From NCBI GenBank assembly GCA_016931515.1, contig JAFGEQ010000002.1, forward strand, positions 26,278-90,277: 64,000 nt of DNA. The letters run 5' to 3'. The translations under genes and the position numbers were made by a program. Source of the stretch: a candidate division CSSED10-310 bacterium. Lineage in GTDB: Bacteria; CSSED10-310. The notes beneath the pieces are model-generated. The model ran no database searches. It saw only the letters and a program-made list of their open reading frames with translations, and had not been told where the DNA came from. Positions 10,154 to 18,844 of the stretch are shown one piece after another. How positions within the stretch are numbered: position 1 is the first letter of the stretch; the number at the start of each line of letters is the position of its first letter.

Positions 10154-11281
10154 ATGGAATACCTTCACATCATTCTGAATAATGCCCTGTATTTTTCACT
10201 GCTCCTCATCATTTTGTCCTCGATCATCAGCGTTTTTCTGGTCGGCAGAAAGAAAGACCGCTGCCTCAAGGACCTTAATGGGTATATGTGTTCCCTTTAT
10301 CTCAAAACAGGAAAGGAAATTTACGGTTATCTGCGAGTATTTGGAACGGGTCTCGAGATGGAATACTCCGAAACGCATCAGGATACTCAGGGTCACCTGG
10401 AAAATTCGTTTATTTTCTACATGTCTGAGTTTCAGGACTTGATGACAATCAAGCGTTTTCACCAGAAATTATCCGCTGAAGACCGTAAAAAGCGCACTAA
10501 AGACATCCGTGCAGCTTATTATCCCGGAGCGCTGAGAATCACCCGAAGAAGGATCCGGAATTTTCTCAGCACATTCCAGGACGGTATCACACGGAGTCTC
10601 AATACGCTGATTGGAATCGCTGCGGCCAAGAAGCCAAAATCCAACATCTCGGAAAAACAAAAAGACCTGACTGGTCTCGGAGCACAAGTGGTCAGTGCCG
10701 TATCTCATGCTTATGATCCAATCCTGGAACGATATATCGGGCACTATGTTGTGCTCGAAATGGTGGAAAACGGCGTTCTTGAAGAATTTTGCGGTATACT
10801 GAAAGATTACACTCAGGACTTTATCGAAATTCTAAACCTGGTCGAGTTGGAGAAGCTGCAGTTCGAGGTTGGATCACAATCCAGTGAATACGAATCATGG
10901 CTGAAAATTTTCGAGGATGATCGTCAAATCAGAATTGAGAATGAGAGTGATTGGCCGATCCATATTATCAGGATTACATCCGGTGACAAAGAGATCCGAA
11001 AGAATCACCTGATGCCGGAGAAATCCTCGATATCAACAGACATACCATCCGGTTCGGAATCCGGAATAGGGCATGCTTCCATCGTTATCGAACTCTTTGC
11101 TCCCCGGATTTATGACATGGTTGTTCCACGTGCTTTGAGCCTTATCCGGCATGGTTGTCCCCGAGAAAAACATAGCCTGGAAACATTTCTGGGAACATCG
11201 GCGTCCCAATCATTGCAGAAAGCCTTGCAATCCCATTTTGTATTAAAGGTTAATGCTCAAATACCCTCGAATCCAGAATAA
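10154..11281 (+). CDS. Hypothetical membrane-anchored protein
   Basis: 375 aa; single N-terminal TM helix (FSLLLIILSSIISVFLVG) then a mixed-charge soluble region; no family recognised. Confidence 0.4.
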   Translation: MEYLHIILNNALYFSLLLIILSSIISVFLVGRKKDRCLKDLNGYMCSLYLKTGKEIYGYLRVFGTGLEMEYSETHQDTQGHLENSFIFYMSEFQDLMTIKRFHQKLSAEDRKKRTKDIRAAYYPGALRITRRRIRNFLSTFQDGITRSLNTLIGIAAAKKPKSNISEKQKDLTGLGAQVVSAVSHAYDPILERYIGHYVVLEMVENGVLEEFCGILKDYTQDFIEILNLVELEKLQFEVGSQSSEYESWLKIFEDDRQIRIENESDWPIHIIRITSGDKEIRKNHLMPEKSSISTDIPSGSESGIGHASIVIELFAPRIYDMVVPRALSLIRHGCPREKHSLETFLGTSASQSLQKALQSHFVLKVNAQIPSNPE

Positions 11282-11828
11282 ATCGAACACCCAGGGATAA
11301 ATCATTCCAATAGACCCTGGAATCCCGGTCAGACAGCTCAATACCATGGCGTTTGAACTCAATACTTACCCCGATGTCATCCTTCAGGAGATAATTTACT
11401 CCGGCACCGAAATTGAATCCCAGATTAGCGCCATCTTTGGATCGATAATCCGTCCACCACGCTCTGTCCGTATTCCATATATACACACCCATTCCTCCCA
11501 GAACATACCCCCTGAAATCCGTCAGGAATGGATACGCCAATACCCCGTTCAGATCCAGATACCAAACCGAAAAATCACTTCCATCACGATCACGTGACAA
11601 GGAATGATGATTCATGGATGAGTGCACACCGACATAGGGTGAATACATGTATGTCAACGCGAAACTTCCACCGAATGTGGTATCAAACCGGCGGTCCAAT
11701 TCTCCGGTCGGGAATACACCTTGAAGCATCAGGTCAGCACTCAATTCGGCTCCCTTTACTGTCCCCGATATCATGCTCATAACTACCAGTATCAATAGGG
11801 CCAAGCCTTTACTTATTTCTCGGTTCAT
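11250..11828 (-). CDS. Outer-membrane beta-barrel protein (OmpW/OmpA-N-like porin family)
   Basis: 192 aa; cleavable signal peptide (LALLILVVMSMISGTVKG); alternating aromatic/hydrophobic beta-strand pattern with a C-terminal aromatic residue (ends ...RVFEH). Confidence 0.5.
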   Translation of the reverse strand: MNREISKGLALLILVVMSMISGTVKGAELSADLMLQGVFPTGELDRRFDTTFGGSFALTYMYSPYVGVHSSMNHHSLSRDRDGSDFSVWYLDLNGVLAYPFLTDFRGYVLGGMGVYIWNTDRAWWTDYRSKDGANLGFNFGAGVNYLLKDDIGVSIEFKRHGIELSDRDSRVYWNDLSLGVRFILDSRVFEH

Positions 11829-11954
11829 TCGCGATCTCCTTCTCTGGTCCGAACAACATCCTGTGACCTGCTTATCTTAGCAGCAACCAGTAACACAGAA
11901 CAAGATTGTCATCACCAAAACTCGCACTATTTATTTCAGCGCGCTAGAATAGCG

Positions 11955-12342
11955 ATGTGGAGTCGGCCGGGCGATCGCCGGTCTGCAAGTCAGGCGGGAG
12001 GAAAGTCCGGGCTCCGAAGGGCAGGATGCCGGGTAACACCCGGGAGGAGAGATCCTACGGAAAGTGCAACAGAAAGCAGACCGCCGATGACCCTGTCGAT
12101 CAGGGCACAGGCAAGGGTGAAACGGTGAGGCAAGAGCTCACCAGCGGTCCGGGTAACCGGACCGGCTTGGTAAACCCCATCCGGAGCAAGACCAAATAAG
12201 GAAGCGATTGAGAACGGCCCGTTCGATGTTTCCGGGTAGGTCGCTTGAGACATCAGGCAACTGCTGTCCTAGATGAATGATCGCCGTTAGTCCGGTTACA
12301 ACCGGATTATCACAGAACCCGGCTTACAGGCCGACTTCACAT
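11955..12342 (+). ncRNA. rnpB: RNase P RNA (bacterial type A)
   Basis: Universally conserved blocks read directly in sequence: GGAGGAAAGTCCGGGCTCC, ACAGAAAGCAGACC, GGTGAAACGGTGAGGCAAGAGCTCACCAG, ACAGAACCCGGCTTACAGGCCGACT. A P1 pairing is visible between GTGGAGTCGGCC (5') and GGCCGACTTCAC (3'). Ends are approximate. Confidence 0.9.
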
Positions 12343-12372
12343 TTTCCTGCACCGGAAGCATATTGGGATCTC

Positions 12373-12831
12373 TTATCCGCTACCGAGGGATTCTCTACGC
12401 AGAATCATCCTCACCGCAGGGATCGAATGTCCATACATAAAACCTTCAAACTCTTCGTAAATCTCAAAACCAAGACTCCGATACAATGCAAAAGCCACAT
12501 GATTACAGGCTGTAAGATTCAGCTTGAGAGAACCTTTGGAGGATTGGATGATATGATTAAGCAACTCTCTTCCTACGCCTCTTCGTCGGTGTGCAGGATG
12601 AACAAAGAGCCATGAAATGATATCACGTCGTATTCCAGCGAATCCTAAGATTTGCTTTTCCTCTTCAAAAACAAAAATCTCCGAACTGAAAAAATAGCGA
12701 AGCATTCCACTATCCCTGGCAAGTGCAGTGATTGACTCCTTCCCAACAAGGTTTTTCATCTCATCAGGTTTCGCCAGATCATAGATATCAGTGATTTGGC
12801 TCCAGTCACTATCCCTGTAAGCGCGAATCAT
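12373..12831 (-). CDS. GNAT family N-acetyltransferase
   Basis: 152 aa; GNAT motif A region (GIRRDIISWLFVHPAHRRRGVGRELL). Confidence 0.7.
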   Translation of the reverse strand: MIRAYRDSDWSQITDIYDLAKPDEMKNLVGKESITALARDSGMLRYFFSSEIFVFEEEKQILGFAGIRRDIISWLFVHPAHRRRGVGRELLNHIIQSSKGSLKLNLTACNHVAFALYRSLGFEIYEEFEGFMYGHSIPAVRMILRRESLGSG

Positions 12832-12919
12832 TCGGCTTCCTTCATTTCAATAAACGGCTTCGATAATCGAGATGAATTAATCCCTTTGACAGTAAGAAAT
12901 CTGTCACAGCATTATATCT

Positions 12920-15415
12920 TTATCGCGTTGCTGGCAAGTGTGCATTCTTATCCGGTTTAAGTAAGGCTATTATTTTGGTTTTAACGGTTTCGGTCAAGGA
13001 TTCGTAGGACTCATCCCCAGGATAGACCGGATCCTGAAAAATCACCGACACGCGTCTGAATGGTCTTGGAAATCGTGCTCCCGGAGGAAGCGCTTCACGC
13101 GCTCCAATGATTGTCACCGGCACAACTGGAACTGAAAGCTCCCGACTTAATATAGCAAAAGTTTTTCTGAAATCGCCAATTTGGCCGTCCCGGCTTCGTG
13201 TTCCTTCGGGAAAAATCATTATGTTTCGTCCCTGTTTAAGAACAGATGCCAATTTCTGAAGTGACGCTTGAACATCCTTGTTAATATCCATGATAATCAC
13301 GTTGTGGCGGTCAGCGATAAATCGCAGGAGCCAGTTTTTCAAGTGTTTGGCTTTGGCATAGAAGTAGGTCTTGCTGAAATGCCGGTTTTTCAGGAATACA
13401 GCAACAAAAAGACCATCGATGTAACTCTGGTGATTGGGCGCGATGATAAACGGCCCATCAGGTAATGAATCAACATTCTCTGCGGATAACCGAAAATAGC
13501 ACTTCAAAAACAACTTGGCGATCAGTTTGAGTAAACGACTTGTTACCCAGGATCTCGGTAACTTGACGTGTGTCGTTTCCTTAAAAACGTCCGCCCAGTT
13601 GACTTCGGCTATATCGATCTGAGTTTTACGCTCCCTTACAAGTGTAGACAGTGCTCCAATGGAGGGTAGATTAGCGAGTTCCGTCTGATCGAGTTCGATG
13701 CCGAATGTTTTTTTCAAAAACACCTGGAATGTCACCTTGTCCAGGGAATCCATACCCAGAGAACTCTCCAGATGATCACCTGGAAGCACATCGCGACCAA
13801 CGAGGGCTGACAAGTAATTCCGGATTACCGTTTGTTCTTCGCTTTCCGGTAGGTCGCAGCCCGGTTCAAGCGGTTTCGCAGGAGGTGCCTGTACGTAGTT
13901 TTCCAGCATGAATCGCCGAAGTTTCCCCATACTGGTTCTGGGCAGTTCCGTGTTCACAATCGATAAGCCGTGGATTATTTTATGTGGAGTCGCTTCCCGG
14001 TTATATACATCAATGATTCGTGTACGAATCAAATGGTGAAGACTCACGCTATCATTATCATTCGACATCGCTGGAGCTGGCCGGATCAGGGCATGCAACC
14101 GGTCCTCAACCAGACAAATCGCCGCTTCTTCGATCATCGGATCCATCGCTTCCAGCACCACTTCTATTTCCACAGGATTGATGTTCTTACCATTGCTAAG
14201 TACGATGATCTCCTTCTTGCGCCCGGTAATGAACAGGTGACCGCTATCATCAAGGTAACCCAAATCCCCCGTATACAACCAGCCGTCTCTCAATATGTCG
14301 GAGGTCTCCCCCGGCCGGTTGTAATATCCTTTCATTATATTGGGTCCGGACGCGGTGATCTCACCCTGACGTATCTCAATCTGTGTCACCGGGAGTGCCT
14401 GTCCCGCCGAACCGGCAATAAAACCACCAGGGCGTGTAAATGTAATCATCGGAGCCGCTTCCGTCATCCCATACCCTTCAAGCACTTCAAATCCAAGAGT
14501 CCTGAAAAAAATCGCGGTTTCCGGATCCAGTCTCGATCCTCCGGAAACCATGTAACGAACCGCCCCACCAAAACCTCGTTGTACCGTCCCGAAAACCAAC
14601 CTGGAAATCGCTTGTTTATCAAGTCTACGGGCAATTCTGAATAAAACTCTCGGAACCATCGACGCTTCGATTTTAGCTTGTATTCCCTTACGGAAGGCTT
14701 CGTACAATCTGGGTACACCGATGATCATTGTGATTTTGTGTGCCTGTAATGTCTTCATTATATCAGCTGGTTGCAACGATGGAGAAAAAACGGCGGTGGA
14801 CCCAGCATACATGTTGATTACAACCGTTCCCAGAAGAGGAAAAATATGATGCAGTGGCAACAGAACGAGGATGTTATCGTTTGAATTATAAACCTTCACA
14901 TCACGTGATACGCCATCCGTGTTCGCCAGAATATTGCCAATAGACAACATGACACCCTTTGGACTGCCTGTTGTGCCGGATGTATACACTATCAATGCGA
15001 TACGATCCCGGTTACCGGGATTTTCGCAAGGACGCTGATCACTGCTTCCGGAAACAGGAACATCCTCCATCAGAATGATTGGAATCCCGAAACCGGACAG
15101 AGATATGGCTTTTTCAATTGTCTCGCGGGTCTGATGCGAGCATATGATGGCATCAGGTGAACAATCTTTCAGAATATAAGCAATATCCGATGCGTTGGAT
15201 TTGAAATCAACCGGAACAACCGTCGCTTCACAGTGCCAAATCGCATAAAAAGCATAAATCCATTCCGGTCGATTTTCAGCGCAAATCACAACCCGAAGCG
15301 GATTGTAATCCTGCAAGGATTTCGCAAAACTCAATATGGCACCAGCCAATTCAGAATAACTGACCGGCTTGTCCGCCGATATAATCGCCGGTTTATCAGG
15401 ATTATAATTTATCAT
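12920..15415 (-). CDS. Tri-domain fusion: acyl-AMP/CoA ligase, acyl-carrier (PP-binding) domain and 1-acyl-glycerol-3-phosphate acyltransferase (PlsC/LPLAT)
   Basis: Track ORF reaches 15490. The likely start is the ATG at ~15415 (MINYNPDKPAIIS). The AMP-binding core has YTSGTTGSPKGV; a phosphopantetheine attachment site reads LGMDSLD; the C-terminal LPLAT domain has the HX4D motif (NHQSYID) and an FPEGTRS block. Confidence 0.75.
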   Translation of the reverse strand: MINYNPDKPAIISADKPVSYSELAGAILSFAKSLQDYNPLRVVICAENRPEWIYAFYAIWHCEATVVPVDFKSNASDIAYILKDCSPDAIICSHQTRETIEKAISLSGFGIPIILMEDVPVSGSSDQRPCENPGNRDRIALIVYTSGTTGSPKGVMLSIGNILANTDGVSRDVKVYNSNDNILVLLPLHHIFPLLGTVVINMYAGSTAVFSPSLQPADIMKTLQAHKITMIIGVPRLYEAFRKGIQAKIEASMVPRVLFRIARRLDKQAISRLVFGTVQRGFGGAVRYMVSGGSRLDPETAIFFRTLGFEVLEGYGMTEAAPMITFTRPGGFIAGSAGQALPVTQIEIRQGEITASGPNIMKGYYNRPGETSDILRDGWLYTGDLGYLDDSGHLFITGRKKEIIVLSNGKNINPVEIEVVLEAMDPMIEEAAICLVEDRLHALIRPAPAMSNDNDSVSLHHLIRTRIIDVYNREATPHKIIHGLSIVNTELPRTSMGKLRRFMLENYVQAPPAKPLEPGCDLPESEEQTVIRNYLSALVGRDVLPGDHLESSLGMDSLDKVTFQVFLKKTFGIELDQTELANLPSIGALSTLVRERKTQIDIAEVNWADVFKETTHVKLPRSWVTSRLLKLIAKLFLKCYFRLSAENVDSLPDGPFIIAPNHQSYIDGLFVAVFLKNRHFSKTYFYAKAKHLKNWLLRFIADRHNVIIMDINKDVQASLQKLASVLKQGRNIMIFPEGTRSRDGQIGDFRKTFAILSRELSVPVVPVTIIGAREALPPGARFPRPFRRVSVIFQDPVYPGDESYESLTETVKTKIIALLKPDKNAHLPATR

Positions 15416-15517
15416 GGATTTTGTCTTCCTATACTTTAAGATATCCGACCTTCCCGCAGGCATTTTCAGCGTACACGCATGAAGCAGCACATGTCAACCG
15501 GCACTCATTAGCATCAA

Positions 15518-15562
15518 ATCAAGGTTAAATAGCCCGGCAGTCAAGTTGATATACACCTTGAT
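15518..15562. promoter_or_regulatory. Inverted repeat ATCAAGGT-N29-ACCTTGAT in the divergent promoter region upstream of the DnaE2-like polymerase gene
   Basis: Perfect 8-bp inverted repeat read directly; sits between the fusion acyltransferase gene (-) and the polymerase gene (+), ~45 nt upstream of an AT-rich TATATTATAAT element and the AGGAGA RBS. Confidence 0.3.
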
Positions 15563-15607
15563 TTTCGCCCTTGTTTCGCCTATATTATAATCAGGAGATT
15601 GTGAACG

Positions 15608-18600
15608 GTGCCATCGAACGATTTTATTCATCTTAATCTTCACACTTGTTTTTCGATGCTGGAAGGTGCGTCCGGCATTGAGTCGCTGGTTGCTGCTGCT
15701 GCCAGGGCGGAGATGCCGGTGCTGGCCGTTACAGATACGGATGGTTTGTACGGAGTTGTTCCATTCACCAGAATATGCCGGGAATATGGAATCCGGCCAA
15801 TTTATGGTGTCGAGTTGACTGAACCTTTTCATGGGGATCCAGCCCATTCAAAGCAGTTCTTTGATCGTCGCACGATGCGTCATGCCACTCTTTTGGCGAG
15901 GGATGAATCCGGTTACGAGGCTGTTTGTCGCATCATAACGGAACGCCATCTTAAAAAGGGCTTCAATTGGGAGTCGAGTGTCGCCGTGCTGCCGGAATCG
16001 GTATACGTGTTATCGTCCGATGAACGGCTTTTGCAGCTCAGAGCGGCAAACCGGCGACTTCAGAGTGCAACCCGGGTCGAGTTACGCCATTATGGCGGTC
16101 CGGTTTCCACGGAGAATCGGCGGCGACTCCTTGCATTAGCCGACCAACTCAAGATTCGGGCGGTCGCCACTAACGGTGTTCATTTCTGTGATGCTGCCGA
16201 GTATACCGTACATCGAATTCTCTGTGCGCTCCGAATGAATGCCACTATTGGTACGGTACCGGCTCATTCGGTGATGCCCCCTGCTGCAAGCCTGGTTACG
16301 GCGGCAGAGATGTTCGAACGGTTCAGCGCGTGCCCCGAGCCGCTACATGAGACCGTGAGGATTGCGCGGGAATGTGGCGTAAAGCTGGATCTGGGGGTGC
16401 GCCGGCTGCCACGATTCCCGGTACCCGGGAATGGGGATGCATACCGCTATCTCCGGGGTCTGGCGCTTCAGGGTTTGTCGGAGCGCTATGACAGCAAGAA
16501 TGCGATAGCCGCCCGGAATGTGTTGGAGCGTGAGTTGGGGGTTATTCAATCCATGCAGCTCGCTGACTATTTTTTGATTTGCCATGACATCATTCGCTTT
16601 GCGCGATCCCGCGGTTACCCCTGCCTGGGTCGTGGATCTGCCGCGAATTCAATTGTCTCGTATTGCCTGTATATCACTCATGTTGATCCTATCGTGCATA
16701 ATCTGTTTTTTGAACGATTTTTGAATGAACAGCGAACATCCCTGCCTGATTTTGATCTTGATTTCGGTACGGAGGATCGGGAGAAGGTCCTGGATTATAT
16801 CTTCTCGTTTTATGGCAGGGACCGGGTAGCGATGATCGGAACTCACGTGACATTCCAGGTGCGAAGTGCTTTCCGGGAAGTCGCGATTGCCCAGGGGTTG
16901 GCGAAGGGAGAGGTCGATGATTTTATCAAGCGTTTGCCGCACATTGCATCCGCAGAAAACCTGCACTCGAAGCTGGCGACATCGCCGGAAACCCGATCTC
17001 TGCCACTGACCACGGAGCCATTTGCATCGTTGCATAAAATTGCCGAGCGAATCAGCGGGTTTCCGCGTCATATCGGCACTCATCCCTGCGGTCTTGTTAT
17101 CACACCGGAGCCGCTGCAGCGGTTCATGCCACTGGAACTCGGCGAAAAGGGGTTGGCTGTAACGCAATGGACGATGAACCCGGTTGAGGAAGCGGGCTTG
17201 CTGAAAATTGATATTCTTGGGCAGAGGGGGTTGGAAGTAATTTCCTATACAGTCAAGGCTGTTCGGCAACAGGGAAAACCTGTGCCGTCGGATCCGAAGA
17301 CTTTTCTGACGGATGCCCGAACGCGGGAATGGCTTCGAAACGGCCGTTCCATCGGTTGTTTCTACATCGAAAGTCCCGCAATGATCAGTCTGATCCGTCA
17401 GGCTCGGTGCGATGACTTCGAATGTCTGACAGCACTCTCATCCATCATTCGTCCCGGTGTCTCCAATTACGGTGGCAAAAACACCTATCTCAGGCGGCAT
17501 TTGAAACTGGAAGCGGATACGGTTCTTCATCCGGTTCTGATACCGATTCTTCGCGATACCCGGGGATGCCTGATTTATCAGGAACAGGTTATCCGTATCG
17601 CATCGGAACTGGCGGGATTGACACTGGGTGAAGCCGATGATCTTCGACGTCTGATGTCCTTTAAAAAAAACCGGAAACGACTATCGGATTACCGGGAACG
17701 TTTTTTCGCTGGATGTCGAAGTAAAGACATTCCGGAACCGGTTATCGACGAGATTTATCGGCAAGTCGATTCGTTTGCTGGTTATGCCTTTTGCAAAGCG
17801 CATTCCGCCTCCTTCGCTCTCGAGTCTTTTGAGAGCATGTTTTACAAAACTCATCACCCGGCAGAATTCATGGCGGCAGTTCTTTCAGGTGGCGGCGGTT
17901 ACTATGGTTCTCTGGAGTATCTCGAAGAATCCCGCCGTCTCGGTCTGGCAATCCATCCTCCCTGTATTAATGGAAGTGAAATCCGATTCAGCGGTTATGA
18001 TGGACACCTGCGGGTTGGACTCATGCAAATCAAAGGACTTCGTGAATCCACCGCACATGCGATCGTCACCGCCAGACAAAAGCATGGGCCATTTCGCGAT
18101 CTTCCCGATCTTCTGATTCGTGTTCCGGATATAAAAATCGACGAGGCCAGGAACCTCGCAAAATGCGGTGGAATGCGTTCTCTTGGTCGAACCATCCCGG
18201 AAATTCTTTGGGGGGTCGAGATATTCTTCAAAATGGAAAAATCCCAGGATGCATCCGGCAACCTCCTCGAAGAAAACGATCCCAAACGACAGGCCGATAT
18301 CGAGCGGTCAAAAAAACTTTGGAATGCCGTACCTAATTATCCTGATCCAACTCTGGAAAAGCGACTGATATGGGAATTGGAAATCCTCGGCATGTCTCCT
18401 ACCGCCCATCCTCTCAGACTTTTCCACCGGGAGATATCACGCATTCGCAGATTGCGGCCTGTCATACGATCAGTAGATATGGGTGCTCGCGCCGGCCAGG
18501 CAACGTACATGCTGGGGTGGCGGATTATCGGGAAAAAAACCCGGACAAAACGTACCGGGGAGATGATGTCATTTATTACATTTTCAGATGAATGGGGGCG

Positions 18601-18844
18601 ATTCGAAGCCACTTTTTTTCCAAAATCATTTGAACAGAATGCCGTTGAGCTCCGAAAAGGATTTGGACCCTTCCTCTTGAAGGGGAGAGTGGATATGGAA
18701 TTCGGGGTTGCCACATTGGTCGTGGACAACGTCAAACTCATGTCGGAACAGCATCCTGCTGTGCGAGACACCCGCGGACCGCTCCGCCAACCGGAAGGTG
18801 TCCTGTCTGTATCGGAAAGAAAAGCGCTTTATTCGATTTCCTGA
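15608..18844 (+). CDS. dnaE2: DNA polymerase III alpha-subunit family, short DnaE2/ImuC-like (error-prone polymerase-like)
   Basis: 1078 aa with GTG start; N-terminal PHP domain (IHLNLHTCFSMLEGASGIE); polymerase core with FDLDFGTEDREKV; the length fits DnaE2 rather than the ~1160-aa replicative DnaE1, and there is no long C-terminal tau-binding extension. Confidence 0.75.
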   Translation: MPSNDFIHLNLHTCFSMLEGASGIESLVAAAARAEMPVLAVTDTDGLYGVVPFTRICREYGIRPIYGVELTEPFHGDPAHSKQFFDRRTMRHATLLARDESGYEAVCRIITERHLKKGFNWESSVAVLPESVYVLSSDERLLQLRAANRRLQSATRVELRHYGGPVSTENRRRLLALADQLKIRAVATNGVHFCDAAEYTVHRILCALRMNATIGTVPAHSVMPPAASLVTAAEMFERFSACPEPLHETVRIARECGVKLDLGVRRLPRFPVPGNGDAYRYLRGLALQGLSERYDSKNAIAARNVLERELGVIQSMQLADYFLICHDIIRFARSRGYPCLGRGSAANSIVSYCLYITHVDPIVHNLFFERFLNEQRTSLPDFDLDFGTEDREKVLDYIFSFYGRDRVAMIGTHVTFQVRSAFREVAIAQGLAKGEVDDFIKRLPHIASAENLHSKLATSPETRSLPLTTEPFASLHKIAERISGFPRHIGTHPCGLVITPEPLQRFMPLELGEKGLAVTQWTMNPVEEAGLLKIDILGQRGLEVISYTVKAVRQQGKPVPSDPKTFLTDARTREWLRNGRSIGCFYIESPAMISLIRQARCDDFECLTALSSIIRPGVSNYGGKNTYLRRHLKLEADTVLHPVLIPILRDTRGCLIYQEQVIRIASELAGLTLGEADDLRRLMSFKKNRKRLSDYRERFFAGCRSKDIPEPVIDEIYRQVDSFAGYAFCKAHSASFALESFESMFYKTHHPAEFMAAVLSGGGGYYGSLEYLEESRRLGLAIHPPCINGSEIRFSGYDGHLRVGLMQIKGLRESTAHAIVTARQKHGPFRDLPDLLIRVPDIKIDEARNLAKCGGMRSLGRTIPEILWGVEIFFKMEKSQDASGNLLEENDPKRQADIERSKKLWNAVPNYPDPTLEKRLIWELEILGMSPTAHPLRLFHREISRIRRLRPVIRSVDMGARAGQATYMLGWRIIGKKTRTKRTGEMMSFITFSDEWGRFEATFFPKSFEQNAVELRKGFGPFLLKGRVDMEFGVATLVVDNVKLMSEQHPAVRDTRGPLRQPEGVLSVSERKALYSIS

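Noticed and set aside
11957-12253. Two track ORFs (80 aa on + and 87 aa on -) in the 11.95-12.25 kb interval
   Set aside because: They lie entirely inside the RNase P RNA gene, and their amino-acid compositions (Arg/Gly/Pro-rich) are typical of translated structured RNA.
12878-12896. Small hairpin GACAG-n8-CTGTC between the GNAT gene and the ligase-ACP-PlsC gene
   Set aside because: The stem is short (5 bp) and there is no T-tract on the relevant strand, so it is not a convincing terminator.
13970-14644. 224-aa ORF on the + strand inside the ligase-ACP-PlsC gene, and the similar antisense ORFs 16649..17269 (-) and 17995..18285 (-) inside the polymerase gene
   Set aside because: They are embedded antisense within strongly supported long CDSs, have Arg/His-rich biased composition, and have no start context; these are typical shadow ORFs.
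15494-15607. Possible LexA/SOS box upstream of the DnaE2-like gene
   Set aside because: No CTGT-N8-ACAG or GAAC-N4-GTTC-like motif is present; only the ATCAAGGT/ACCTTGAT inverted repeat, which I report separately as uncertain.
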